DNA of 64,000 nucleotides from Albugo candida (Eukaryota): NCBI GenBank assembly GCA_040437565.1, contig JBDOQK010000002.1, positions 930,001 to 994,000 of the forward strand, read 5' to 3'. Shown piece by piece: positions 1 to 11,654 of this stretch (position 1 is its first letter; each line of letters starts with the position of its first letter). The notes under the pieces were generated by a model. It saw only the letters and a program-made list of their open reading frames with translations, ran no database searches and was not told where the DNA came from. The position numbers and the translations under genes were made by a program.

Positions 1-143
1 CTTCTGCAATTTGTCGCCTTGTTACCAATGCTTTTCAAGAGTAAGTTGACCAAGTTTGAGCAGAGTGCATTTGAGAAAAGTAAGACTAAGTAAAGATCGA
101 CCTTCAAGCTTCACCGTATACCCTCGCTAGTTCCTTCATTTAG

Positions 144-2576
144 CTAGCCACGGAGAATAAATTTGGCACACATTGGATCCTTTGAACCAGCCTTTTCATC
201 GTAAACGTCACAATCTGTCTCTGGCCTGATTGCTACGTAATAATCACCACCTTCAGAAATCTTTTGCAACTTCTCATCAAGCTCTGGCTTGTAAACACTC
301 CAATCATCCACAGTGAGTCGAAAGTTGATTATCCTCGATTTGCCAGCAGGAAGAAAAACTTTGAAGAATTTTTTCAGCATTTTTACCTCGGGGACCGCTA
401 ATTCCCGAAATGGCTGGATCAAGAAAAGCATGACTGTTTCTTTGCCTGCAAAGGATCCAGTGTTTGTCACACGTACGGAGACATTTATCGCTCCGTTATT
501 GTCAACTTCCTTGGAGCTCAGACGTAGATCAGAGTAGTTGAACGTTGTATAGCTAAGTCCATGACCGAAATTCCACTCCATTTCACAGGGCAAATAAGTG
601 CTAGCCTGAGAACACTTGACATTCACGCGGTGATTATAAGGAATGGACGTGCTGGCGGCGTTCTTTGGATATGAAATTGGTAAGCGGCCACTCGGATTCA
701 CGTCGCCAAATAAGATCTCAGCGATTGCCTGACCACCGACCTCCCCGGGGAGCATGGCGTCTATGACAACAGGAACCTCATTAGCTAAGCCTTGCAGCAG
801 ACGTGGTCGACCACCAACATACACAACTATGACAGTTGTCCCGGTCGTTTGAATAGCACGAGTGTACTCTAGTTGACCCAAAGGAAGATCCATGTCAGCC
901 AAGTCGCCTGGTTTTTCTGTGTATGGACCCTCACCAAGAACGACAACTGTGTACATCGCACGTCGCGCATACTCCATCGCTACTGAAAGATTCTCGTTTG
1001 TGAATGTCCCATTGGCATTCAGACCATTGAAATACGTCAACGAAGATCCAGAATCACCATTCAGTATATCGACAATTCCTTTTCTTACTGAACGACCATG
1101 TGGGTGCAAATTGTTGCCAGAAAGACCCTGCCACTGGACAGACCACCCACCACATAGATTTCCAATATCATCTGCAGAATGCCCGGTCAGAAAAATGGAA
1201 GCATTCTTTTGTAACGGTAATATGTTGCCATCGTTTTTTAGCAGTACGATCGATTCACGAGCTAATTCTAACGCCGTATCAACTGATTGTCGGTCTCCAA
1301 CCGTTGCCACTTGTGCGGCGCCAGGGACACTGGTATCATATAACCCCAAGTCGACCTTCAATTGTACAATTCTACGAGCAGACTCTTTGATACGGTTTTG
1401 CAGTGCTGTGTCGGCTTTAGCGGCATTTTTTGCATACTGTATGAAATCTGTATCGATTGGTACCATACTCATATCCACAGAGCTCTTCTGGAGAGACATA
1501 CGCACTGCATCTTCTCGTGTTTTTGCAACCCGATGCCAATCATGTAGGTTATATATCTCAGCATAGTCTGTGACAAGGACGCCATCAAACCCCAAGTCTT
1601 GACGAAGTAATGTTTTAAGTAAGCTCGGCTGAGCAACAGTCGGAATTCCATTGATCGATACATAATTCTCCATGATGGATCGAGCACCAGCTTTGATTCC
1701 GGCAGCGAATGGCGGCACAAAGGTATTCAATAATTCATAGGTAGACAGCGTCACATCTTCACGATCATGGCCTGTGGGTTCTTTGGAATAACCAATAAAA
1801 TGTTTCATGCACGCAGCGGTTGCAGAATTGTTTTGCAATCCTCGTATACTTGCATCTCCCATCACCGAAACAAGATGGGGATCCTCACCGAACGTCTCAT
1901 AAGTCCGTGCCCAATACACATTTCGAGATACTTCCAAAATGGGAGCAAACACCCAAGAGATACCGGCTGCCAAGGTATCTCGACCGGTGATCGCACCGGC
2001 AGCAAATACTAAATCAGGATTGAATGACGCTCCAGCGTTAATTTGATGGCCAAAAATGACAGAATTCTGAATGTAGTTGGCTCCATGTACGGAGTCGATT
2101 CCGTAAATGATTGGATGGCCTCCATTTTCGGCCATATTGATTTCCTGGATTCGACTTATCAAATTTCGCCATGAAGTTGCATTCAACCCGTAAGTTTCAT
2201 TATTGTTCTTCGTCGCGTAAATGTTATCGAAATAAGAACCGATTTTAAGCTTAGCGAGTTCGTGCACTTTTGTCTCATTCAGAGTGAAGTCAGAGTCGAT
2301 AACGTAACTCACAGAAATCTGTGTCATTTGACCGATGTGATCGTCCAGGGACATTGAGTTAAGGATAGCGTCTACTCTTGATGACTGAGCTTTTTTGGAG
2401 CGTCGAACAGCAACCAAAACAATGATTAAAATGATCATAAAAGAGGCAATGACCAGCACTCCCCATTTAAGTTTCTTATTTGCACGAAATCTTTCCCATG
2501 CCGTTGTTTTTTTGCTTGAAGACGGTGTGTTGGCTTGAGGTGTATGTTGCTCTAAGACGAACTCAGTTGTTGGCAT
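144..2576 (-). CDS. Glycoside hydrolase family 3 beta-glucosidase with N-terminal membrane anchor and C-terminal Fn3-like domain
   Basis: Intronless ORF; first ATG at 2576 (MPTTEF). GH3 motifs IGQMTQ, YGIDSVHG, WARTYETFGEDP, ACMKHFIGY, VLVTDY (nucleophile Asp), ESIVLLKN, GDVNPSGRLPISYP, FGHGLSYTTF. Hydrophobic segment WGVLVIASFMIILIIVLVAV after a basic stretch. Confidence 0.95.
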   Translation of the reverse strand: MPTTEFVLEQHTPQANTPSSSKKTTAWERFRANKKLKWGVLVIASFMIILIIVLVAVRRSKKAQSSRVDAILNSMSLDDHIGQMTQISVSYVIDSDFTLNETKVHELAKLKIGSYFDNIYATKNNNETYGLNATSWRNLISRIQEINMAENGGHPIIYGIDSVHGANYIQNSVIFGHQINAGASFNPDLVFAAGAITGRDTLAAGISWVFAPILEVSRNVYWARTYETFGEDPHLVSVMGDASIRGLQNNSATAACMKHFIGYSKEPTGHDREDVTLSTYELLNTFVPPFAAGIKAGARSIMENYVSINGIPTVAQPSLLKTLLRQDLGFDGVLVTDYAEIYNLHDWHRVAKTREDAVRMSLQKSSVDMSMVPIDTDFIQYAKNAAKADTALQNRIKESARRIVQLKVDLGLYDTSVPGAAQVATVGDRQSVDTALELARESIVLLKNDGNILPLQKNASIFLTGHSADDIGNLCGGWSVQWQGLSGNNLHPHGRSVRKGIVDILNGDSGSSLTYFNGLNANGTFTNENLSVAMEYARRAMYTVVVLGEGPYTEKPGDLADMDLPLGQLEYTRAIQTTGTTVIVVYVGGRPRLLQGLANEVPVVIDAMLPGEVGGQAIAEILFGDVNPSGRLPISYPKNAASTSIPYNHRVNVKCSQASTYLPCEMEWNFGHGLSYTTFNYSDLRLSSKEVDNNGAINVSVRVTNTGSFAGKETVMLFLIQPFRELAVPEVKMLKKFFKVFLPAGKSRIINFRLTVDDWSVYKPELDEKLQKISEGGDYYVAIRPETDCDVYDEKAGSKDPMCAKFILRG

Positions 2577-3733
2577 TGGCGCAGAATATCGAAAGATGAT
2601 CAAAGATTGATGAATCGACACCAAGTCTGTGATGCGATTCGCCAGGTGTCTTTGCAGGTGAAGAGTGTTTATCAGATCGGATTATGCAACGTTTGGTGTC
2701 CAATCGAGACTGCTACTGGTGAGTTTGACTGGACTTTTGTCCTTCTGAAACCTATAAAATTTAGTGATGATGTGTTTTATCTCAAAGGTGCCGAATGTCC
2801 GAAACAAAAGGTTGGAGGGTTATCTGCCAAGCAGGCACCATTACTTACATATTGGGCATTGCAAACGGCGCAGGGTTACTGATGATGTCAATTCATTTGT
2901 TGGTTAAGGGTAGAAACGTGTCGCGGTCAAGGTAAAGGTTGGGTGGATGATCCTTCTATAAGCGATGATACCAATGGATGGACAGTATCGTCGTGAGCTT
3001 CTGGCAATGTATTTGATTTTCCATGGATCGATACGCTTGCATATTTCTTTAGTCTATCTTCGCTTCCTTCACTCCCCTTCGCTACATAGTCGCCCGCTAG
3101 CCAGTTATAGATCGAAATGACATATGCACATCTGATTTCGCTCTAGCGAATTACAGAGCAAACACGGACTGTGACGGGCTGCTTGCTTCTCCCATCCGGT
3201 CGTCTGTAAACAGTCATAGTCGACCAAGACAATTAGGTGGATTCATGTCTACAATCTGACGGTTAGTAATTTCTTCTTTTTGGCGGTGGAATGAGCCCAG
3301 AATCCCACATCTGACCTCTTTTGAATATGTACACGACCAGCAATTTCCTGAGTGGCCGCTGATACGTTTCTGAGAGATCTCTTTCACCAAGCAAGTCGTA
3401 ATTCAGCTTTTGATCCTACAAAAGCTTAAGTGAGGATCGATACTGGTGTCATTTCAACCGCCGCGCTCAGATCAAATGCTTCATCTCATCATCGAGTCGG
3501 GAGAATGTCTCACCGCTTCGTAGATGATATCACTGATTGAATGAAGACGATTGGTTGCTTATGCATAAGTTGGAACGTACGAACGAGCACCAACGTATCT
3601 TTGCTGCATCGAATACTCAGATAACAATCATGTAATTTTTAAGCATTTGATGTATTATATAGGAGGACACTTTCTATCTCATCCATATGAGGGTCCTCTA
3701 GTCACATGGAACGACACTGAATGCTACTCAAAG

Positions 3734-4552
3734 TCAATTGCTTCTGATCAAATTGGCTTCCGCCTGGTGTAAGACTTGAGGCTCTACATGAACCACGGAA
3801 GCTGGAACTTTACTGGTGGTGACTCGGGCGTATACATTATCATCAGAATCATTCGTGCTGGTTTTATTAAGAGTGGCATTCCCCGGAACCGCAAGGGACT
3901 CGTACAAATGAGTGTCGTTTTTCTTTGGTATTTTCTCAACTTGGATAACGGCATTAACCTCCTCGACCTGTGTTCCGCCATGTTTCAGAATCCAATCTCG
4001 AATGCTATAGAATCTAACTTGCTTGCCTGGTCGACCACTGAAGATTGGACGCATTAGTACTGATTCGACCCGAACCATTGTTGTGTTTGAGGTGTAGGCC
4101 CGTACACACATACATTGTCGCCATGCAAACGGAATCGTTTTTCCCCATTGATGGGTTTGATTCGATGGAATAACCACAAAGTCATTCTTTCCAAGCACCT
4201 CTTGAACTGTGCGCACCAAACCGATAGAGTAACTAGTTATCGACGCTTCAGATGTGAGTGCATTTCCACCGATTTCAATAACTTGTAAATCGGATAAAAA
4301 ACTATTGACATTCCTCCCTGCAATCATCGTGGTACCCGCTGCTGCCCCAATACTTGCTGCCGTACTCGCAGCTGTCACAGCTTTGATATTAAATAGATGA
4401 GGAACAAATGCCGCAATTGTAATGATTATCACAGCCACACTGACAGCCACAGATAAAACAATTGAGGATATTTTCATTGATTTGTCATCCAATGCCACTT
4501 TACATCGCCATTCATAGGAAGTGTCGTTCACGATCGCAATGTAGGATCCCAT
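3734..4552 (-). CDS. Hypothetical protein with a long internal hydrophobic/Ala-Gly-rich segment
   Basis: 272-aa ATG-initiated ORF. Segment ISSIVLSVAVSVAVIIITIAAFV followed by AASTAASIGAAAG. No family recognised with certainty. Confidence 0.7.
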   Translation of the reverse strand: MGSYIAIVNDTSYEWRCKVALDDKSMKISSIVLSVAVSVAVIIITIAAFVPHLFNIKAVTAASTAASIGAAAGTTMIAGRNVNSFLSDLQVIEIGGNALTSEASITSYSIGLVRTVQEVLGKNDFVVIPSNQTHQWGKTIPFAWRQCMCVRAYTSNTTMVRVESVLMRPIFSGRPGKQVRFYSIRDWILKHGGTQVEEVNAVIQVEKIPKKNDTHLYESLAVPGNATLNKTSTNDSDDNVYARVTTSKVPASVVHVEPQVLHQAEANLIRSN

Positions 4553-5748
4553 TGGCGAAATTGGGGTGATTAAAGTATGGGCGAAATAGAAATGAGCGAT
4601 CGCTTGACCCTGACCATGCGTCAGATACCACTGTTCCTAGAGGTACAAGATGGCGGCTGCTTGAAGTATGACTTCCGATCCAACGCCGGGATTCAACATG
4701 TCCCACATCTATACAATACATCGGATTCCGCAGGGTACTAAATGCCCTGACCTATTTCTCATGCTCGTGACTCGAACAGAATGGCAAAAAGGTGACAGTA
4801 TTAGATTACAAGGGTATTCGAATGTATTCATAAAAATGAATTAGTTAATCGATGTCAGCCAAGCAATCACCGACACAATCTTTGAGTGAATTGCTCCAGA
4901 CTTTGATTGTTTGTTGCCTGCATCCTTAGAGCCCTATTCTGATCGTGATCCGGTCAATTTCGAGTAGATGATAGCTACGTGTAAATGTATGAATGTTTCA
5001 TTTGTATCGCGGGTCACACCTGTGGGTAAGTTATCTTGCGTTATGAAAAATCACTCTNNNNNNNNNNNNNNNNNNNNNNNNNNNNNNNNNNNNNNNNNNN
5101 NNNNNNNNNNNNNNNNNNNNNNNNNNNNNNNNNNNNNNNNNNNNNNNNNNNNNNNNNCTGTGGGTAAGTTATCTTGCGTTATGAAAAATCACTCTCTCAT
5201 TTTATACGGAGAGATCCTACAGCGTTGCATATGCATATAAAAACTGCCACGATGAGCATCCGCAAGAAAGAATTGTTTGACACATGTTAAGGAGAAAGTA
5301 AATAGTAACAAGGAATCGTGTTTTTGTGCACTTGATATTATGCCAACGAAAATAAAATGCGACCCGCAGAGTACAAATGATGGAAGAATCCTTTTTGCTT
5401 TCGTTCCACCGTGAGTCAAAAAGAAATCTCTGGTCGATGGTAAACCAAATACCGCTACGTGATGCATACCAGGGCCACGACATTTACATGTGCTTGAAAG
5501 GCTAGATCGGGTTTGTTATCTTGCTGAGTGATTGACTTATATTATTATGAGTGATCGCAGTACTTGAGCGAGAAACTACTTGGTTTCATTTACCTACCAC
5601 TGTAATTCTAATGAAATGTCCCGGCACAAAACGTTCCCATGATCGCGAGGCTTGAAGTACAGCTTCAGTAGAAGATACAGAACAGTGCAGAATCACGTAA
5701 ACACCCTTATTAAAAGCAGTTGTACTATTATTTACAATCAAAGCGTGC

Positions 5749-7006
5749 TCAGGAACTTCCACAATGAACAACACGGCGACTATCTGTTGTATCATGAGCT
5801 CGAGTTGTTTGGAGCTCAATCAGGTACGTGGCATCTCTCAGCTTACGTTCTTCTTTTCGGATTTTATACTGCAACATTGCCTCCATCGCATTTGCTCTTC
5901 GTTCTTCGATGTTGACCAATCGATCAAGATACATTCGTTGATGTTGACGCATATCTTCAAACTTTTGTACCATGGAGTTGAGCATATTGCCTTCGATACA
6001 ATTATTTTGGGAAAAAAGGTCGGAATTTTTGGAGATGATGCCAGATAAACGATCCATAGCATTCAGAAGCGCTTGATCGCCTATTTCATCCATTTCTAAA
6101 GATTCCTCACTGCCACTCTTTGCGGAAGCCATCGTCACGGAGCGAATGTCGCAACAATAATTGTGTCCGCTAGCAGGACCCGCAGGACTTGGAGATCTCT
6201 CATTCTCAATGCTAGCTCTTCTTTTGATACTGGGCCTCTTGTCTTCCTCCATGCATTTGTTCTCTTCAATCTTGCTGTAAATCCTCCTGACCACCCCACA
6301 GTATTGTCGGACCCTCTCTTCTTTACGGGCATATGCCAACGGTGATGTGCGCGTGATCGCATCATGCCCTCGAATAAACTGATTCGATGGTCGGCTTCGT
6401 GCTACCTCTACATTTCTCGAGGCCTGTAAAAAAGCCTGTATTTCTTCTTGCTTTCGTTCCCGATCTTGAACTTTATTGAGTGCTTTGACAGTACTTTCAT
6501 GAATATTGCTCCAAAACCTCTCATTCTACAGAAAACCAGACAAAAACGTCAGTAAATATGCATGCAAATTTCAAATTTCTGATACATACAAGATTCCCCG
6601 TCCTCAAATATGAGCTTCCCGTTTCCCCATGTACTCCAGGATTAATTGGTTGTTTTATGTCATAGCCTTCAGAGACATTCGATACTTGAGAAAACATTTT
6701 ACGGTGTGTTGTATCTGATATCACATCATTGAACGTTTTGTTCTCTTGACAGTATCTCTTTTGTGCCTGAAGCGTGTGATGATTTGAAAAACTGCGATGA
6801 CACTTTGTGCGGTTTTTGTGTACGTCCCACGCGCGTGTGCGATAGCATGAGTTCATTATAACAGGTTTGGGTCTCTTTCCGCCTTGAATGGAGTAGCGAT
6901 GTAAGCAGACTCTACAGTTTACGTATCGTCCTTCTTCATCAAGACTCAGCACGTCAGGGTCCGCGTAGATCTCAACCGGCCATGTGTTCGCTTTTCTTTT
7001 AGGCAT
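5749..7006 (-). CDS. Two-exon hypothetical protein, putative zinc-binding N-terminal domain plus C-terminal coiled coil
   Basis: Exon 7006-6590 and GT-AG intron 6589-6526 (64 bp). The second exon reads open from 6525 into the 196-aa ORF (LAYARKEE...). N-terminus has CRVC...HKNRTKCH. C-terminus has heptad-like RLVNIEERRANAMEAML. The 3' end may contain a further intron. Confidence 0.7.
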
Positions 7007-7298
7007 TATCTTCCTTCTTCCGACGAGGTTAAACTATTTATTACTCTTATTTTTGTGAGATGTAAACTTTCGCTGGCACGTGACACTGAGTACCTCATAT
7101 TCAATTCCGGATGTGCGCATACAATTTCCTTGTGAATTTACGTGGGGAACGATTTCGGTCGGTCGGAATGCTTGGTGATTATAAGCAGGAACGATATATC
7201 ACTTGTTATGAGAGGCTACTATAAACAGCGACGATAATTCTACATTTATAAATTAAGAATTTGACTACAAAAGTTCTAGTGTCCGCATGTAACAATTT

Positions 7299-10200
7299 CT
7301 ATGACAATCCTTCGTCCTTCAAAGTGAGTAATGGTGTCGCTTCTTCCTCTACCTCCGACATACGATGCGTCACATTCACGACAGATGGCGAATCACCGTC
7401 GCTGCTGCATCGTCTGAACACTGCTGTCGTCGTTGCGGCCGATGATGTCGTACTAATGTTGCACAGATTACGCGCAACACCGCCACCAAACGGAAACTCT
7501 TCCTCAGTGCCGGATGCTAATAACCATTCATCTTTGAGTATCAAGCTGATTTCTGGGAACGTTGGCCGCTTTTCAGGTTTCATGTCCCAACATGCGCGCA
7601 TAAGTCGCGCTAAACCAGGCGGACAATTGATTGGAATCACTGGGCGAAGTCCATTAACAACGGCAGCCATCTACAAAGATAGGTATTAAGACAACTTGCT
7701 ACATGCAGAAACGAATAATAAGTCGTACCAATTGGAATGGATTCATGCCTTGATCTCCATACGGTTTGCTACGCGACCAAGTCGTGTACAGGAGAATGCC
7801 GAAAGAATACACATCGCCTTTGGTTGAGCACTGTATTCCTCCCATTGTCGCCATCTCTGGCGCCATGTAACTTGGTGTCCCAACCTGTAATGCATGTATA
7901 GTGAGTTAGTACAGTGTTTTGATGCAGTGGTACAGCTTGAAGCCACCTCAGCAGTCATTGACGTCATCTCCGGATCGATCAACCGAGACAAACCAAAGTC
8001 ACAAATATTGACATCGTTACGGTCCGAAATGAGTACATTGGCCGGCTTGAGATCTCTAATATGATAGCCACATGCTATGAGTATCAAGAACCAATTTCCA
8101 AAAAGTACCAGCGCTTCAAACCTGTGAACAACACTCCGACTGTGAAGAAACCCCATTCCGCTGACGACTTGGGTGATGATCTTTATGAAAAAGCTCTTCT
8201 CGATTTGACCTCGTGCGGTCGGATCTTCAATCAAATGATTCAATGATTTTGGACAAAAGTCGGTGACAATATAAAGCACGCGATTGTAGTAGCTAACACC
8301 ATAAAATCGAACCACATTTGGATGATGCAGTCGACTTAGAATACCGACTTCGCGACGAAAAAAGCTCTGAAAGTATTCCTGACCTGTCACCGGGCTGTAT
8401 AGTCGTTTCACGGCGACGACAGAATTCCCTCCACCGCAATGTAACAAACTCTTGAAAACTTGACCAGATGTCCCATTGCCCACTTCGGATTGAAGTGTCA
8501 AAGACTCAAACGGAACTAACCAATCTCTCGAATCGTTGGAGACGAAGTATTCGAGATCCGACATGCCAGCAATTTCAACATATTCAGAGCGAGAAAAGCT
8601 GCTGCTTTGATGGTGAGGAAATGGTCGACGATAATTTCGAGGTTGACGAGCTAATCGACGCATTGTGCACATACAAAATCCCAAAGTGGTCAGAGCGATC
8701 GTGCCCAAAATCATCACCATCATGAGCGGGAAATCATAAATCTCACATCCACTTCCAGTATACCGAGCGTCACATTGGCACATAGCCTGATCATTCAGAA
8801 TATGACAATTCCCATGACCGTTGCAAGGCATATCACTTTCCAAAAAACCTGGACATAGTTGGCAATGAGGACCAAGATAGCCATACGAACATGATGTGCA
8901 CGGAGGTGTCGCGTCAATATTCCATCCATCCATGCAAATACACTGTCCTGTACCGTTTTTCCCGCTCGAACAAACGCCGTGACCACAATCTTGAGGGCAT
9001 TCCAAACACTTTGGCCCATAAAAGCCGTCGACACAATCAAAGCAATCCGTTGTAGAATCCCAGCCGCGTTTACAATTACATCGACCAGTACCATGCATTC
9101 CATCATCGCAATGACCTGCACCACACTTGCGACATAATTGACAATTTTCACCAAAATACCCACTCATACAGCCCACACAATTATTTGAATCGGACCATCC
9201 AATGTCGCAAATGCATCTTCCATCTCCTTCTTTTCCAGAATTGCAGTGACCATGAGGAGCGCAGATAGGACAGGATAAGCAATGAGACCCAAAGTGTTGT
9301 GGAGCACATTGACACGACATCGTTTCAGGATTGAAATCCCATCCTTCCGCACACAATGAGCATCGACTTAATGACTTGTATCCTTCATCACAAATACAAG
9401 ACCCATCGCCCACAATTGTATTATTGCATCGACCATGATTGTTACACGTGCGGCATGGGGTACAGGAGCCCCCGTAGTAGTTACTCAGGCATTCTGTGCA
9501 GCGTGTCATCGAAGAAAATCCTTCTGGACAGGTACAATCCCCGTTTCCATTCAGACCGTGATTGCATTTGCCGACATGACATGGCTGACACGGCTCACAG
9601 GTTGACCCATAGAAATTGTCAAGACAATGCATGCAATCCTGTTCAGCATCAAATCCGACCGCACATGAACATCTTCCGCTTCCAGTCAATCCATCATCAC
9701 AACTACCGTGCGGAAAATTACATTCAGGGCACTTGGAGCATTTCTCTCCATAATAACCAGCCAAACATGTGGCACACCGTGTTGCTGGATCAAAGCCGGT
9801 TTTACATATACATGAACCAGTTCCATTCTCCCCAGAATCGCAGTGTCCTTCGTTCAAGCATGGATCGCATTTCTCAGTACAATGCTTCCCATAGTAATCA
9901 CTCGCGCAATCCTGACACTCAGGCGTTGCATAGCCTTGACTGATAGATATATTTGAGACCACAGAATCGAAAGAATATAATGCTCACTTACTCGCAGCGA
10001 CACGAACGTGCGGAAGCATCAGTTGCGGCACAATCGCAAATACNNNNNNNNNNNNNNNNNNNNNNNNNNNNNNNNNNNNNNNNNNNNNNNNNNNNNNNNN
10101 NNNNNNNNNNNNNNNNNNNNNNNNNNNNNNNNNNNNNNNNNNNAGGGCACTTGGAGCATTTCTCTCCATAATAACCAGCCAAACATGTGGCACACCGTGT

Positions 10201-11197
10201 TGCTGGATCAAAGCCGGTTTTACATATACATGAACCAGTTCCATTCTCCCCAGAATCGCAGTGTCCTTCGTTCAAGCATGGATCGCATTTCTCAGTACAA
10301 TGCTTCCCATAGTAATCACTCGCGCAATCCTGACACTCAGGCGTTGCATAGCCTTGACTGATAGATATATTTGAGACCACAGAATCGAAAGAATATAATG
10401 CTCACTTACTCGCAGCGACACGAACGTGCGGAAGCATCAGTTGCGGCACAATCGCAAATACCGTTCCCGTGGCACATCGATGCGGCTGACAAATTCCATC
10501 CAGGACATGCTGTAAATCAACATTCTATATGAGCTGATACCTTAAACAAATAAATTTACGCATTTACACCCACCAGAGTTTTCCTGAGCCTCAACGTATA
10601 TTTCTACTTGTAGGAATCCAGCATACGAAACTCCACCCATGGAGCATGCCGGATGTTTCTCATGTGGTCCCTCCCATGTAGCCTGTATATCGACGTTGAT
10701 AGAATTTGAATCAATCAGATCCATTATCGATCGCCGTCCACCCGCTCCGATAGCTCCATTTCCGTACGGAGGGAATAAAGCGTACATATCATCACAATGA
10801 GAATAATCGATCCGAGTGTAGGCTTTCATTGGGTACACAGGTTCCGGTAGTAAATTTTTATGATTTATAGAAAGTGATGTGATTGCTCCTTTGCCACCAA
10901 GTGGCGATGCCCAATCAATCTGCTTGACTGCTGCTGCAACTTCGGCCTGCAAAACGGTACCTTAGACGTAAGTGGTCAACTGCTTACAGCTTTTCGTACC
11001 TTGCACATTGTTTGAGTCTTTAGATTGAGGTGTTCCAAGTTGATTTGATTCGGTTTCTCGAAATTACAGGTCCCGTTGCCCCATTCCAAGCACTTGGCGA
11101 TAATTTCTACTTGCTCCAGGTACACAAGTGATCGTGCATATGACCACAAAGCCGACGTATGAACCAAAAGAAAGCAACGACAACGACAGCGGCGCAT
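7299..11197 (-). CDS. Receptor-like protein kinase (TKL group): signal peptide, unknown N-terminal domain, laminin-type EGF repeats, transmembrane helix, kinase domain
   Basis: Proposed ATG at 11197 (MRRCRCRCFLLVHTSALWSYARS, signal-like); intron 10999-10947 keeps the frame. Cys-rich repeats, TM FPLMMVMILGTIALTTLGFCMC then RRLARQPR. Kinase motifs GNGTSGQV, VAVK, HRDLKPAN (after removing intron 8121-8056), DFG, GTPSYMAPE, DVYSFG. Interrupted by the N-gap duplication at 9726-10461. Confidence 0.88.
8744..9938 (-). repeat. Tandem laminin-type EGF-like protein repeats (~45-47 aa units) in the kinase ectodomain
   Basis: Recurrent CxxC-x(2-4)-GxCxxGxxGxGxCxCxxG[FW]-x5-CxxCxxG[YF]YGxxC pattern. About eight 8-Cys units (the first begins in the upstream exon), followed by one 6-Cys EGF next to the membrane. 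Confidence 0.85.
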
Positions 11198-11654
11198 TCT
11201 TTCGTGATGATGCGTCGATATGGAGCCAATTATGTATCCGATGCCAATATTATCGCGGCTATGAGATGAAGCCAGTGAGCGTGGAGGAGTACAGCGATGA
11301 TACAAGATATAGTATGATGTTTATAGTATACTGTGTCAAGAGTACAAAGATTTCGGTATGTATAAAATATTGAAGACGTAAGGGCTTCAAGGGAATCAAA
11401 CACTTTTATAGCGTGGTAAATTGTCAATAAAGTCGCTTGGATACTGCGATTGCTGCGATACAACTTGATATGCTTCCGTGTGAAAGTTGTGTAATTATAG
11501 TATCCGTTATAACTATTCGATATTGTCAGATTTCAGATAAAGNNNNNNNNNNNNNNNNNNNNNNNNNNNNNNNNNNNNNNNNNNNNNNNNNNNNNNNNNN
11601 NNNNNNNNNNNNNNNNNNNNNNNNNNNNNNNNNNNNNNNNNNTAAAGCAGAGAA

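Noticed and set aside
892..1566. Long antisense ORFs (e.g. 892-1566, 9356-9943, 16244-16864, 29025-29762, 39106-39405)
   Set aside because: They lie opposite well-supported genes, have no recognisable motifs, and are explained as shadows of codon bias or low-complexity coding sequence.
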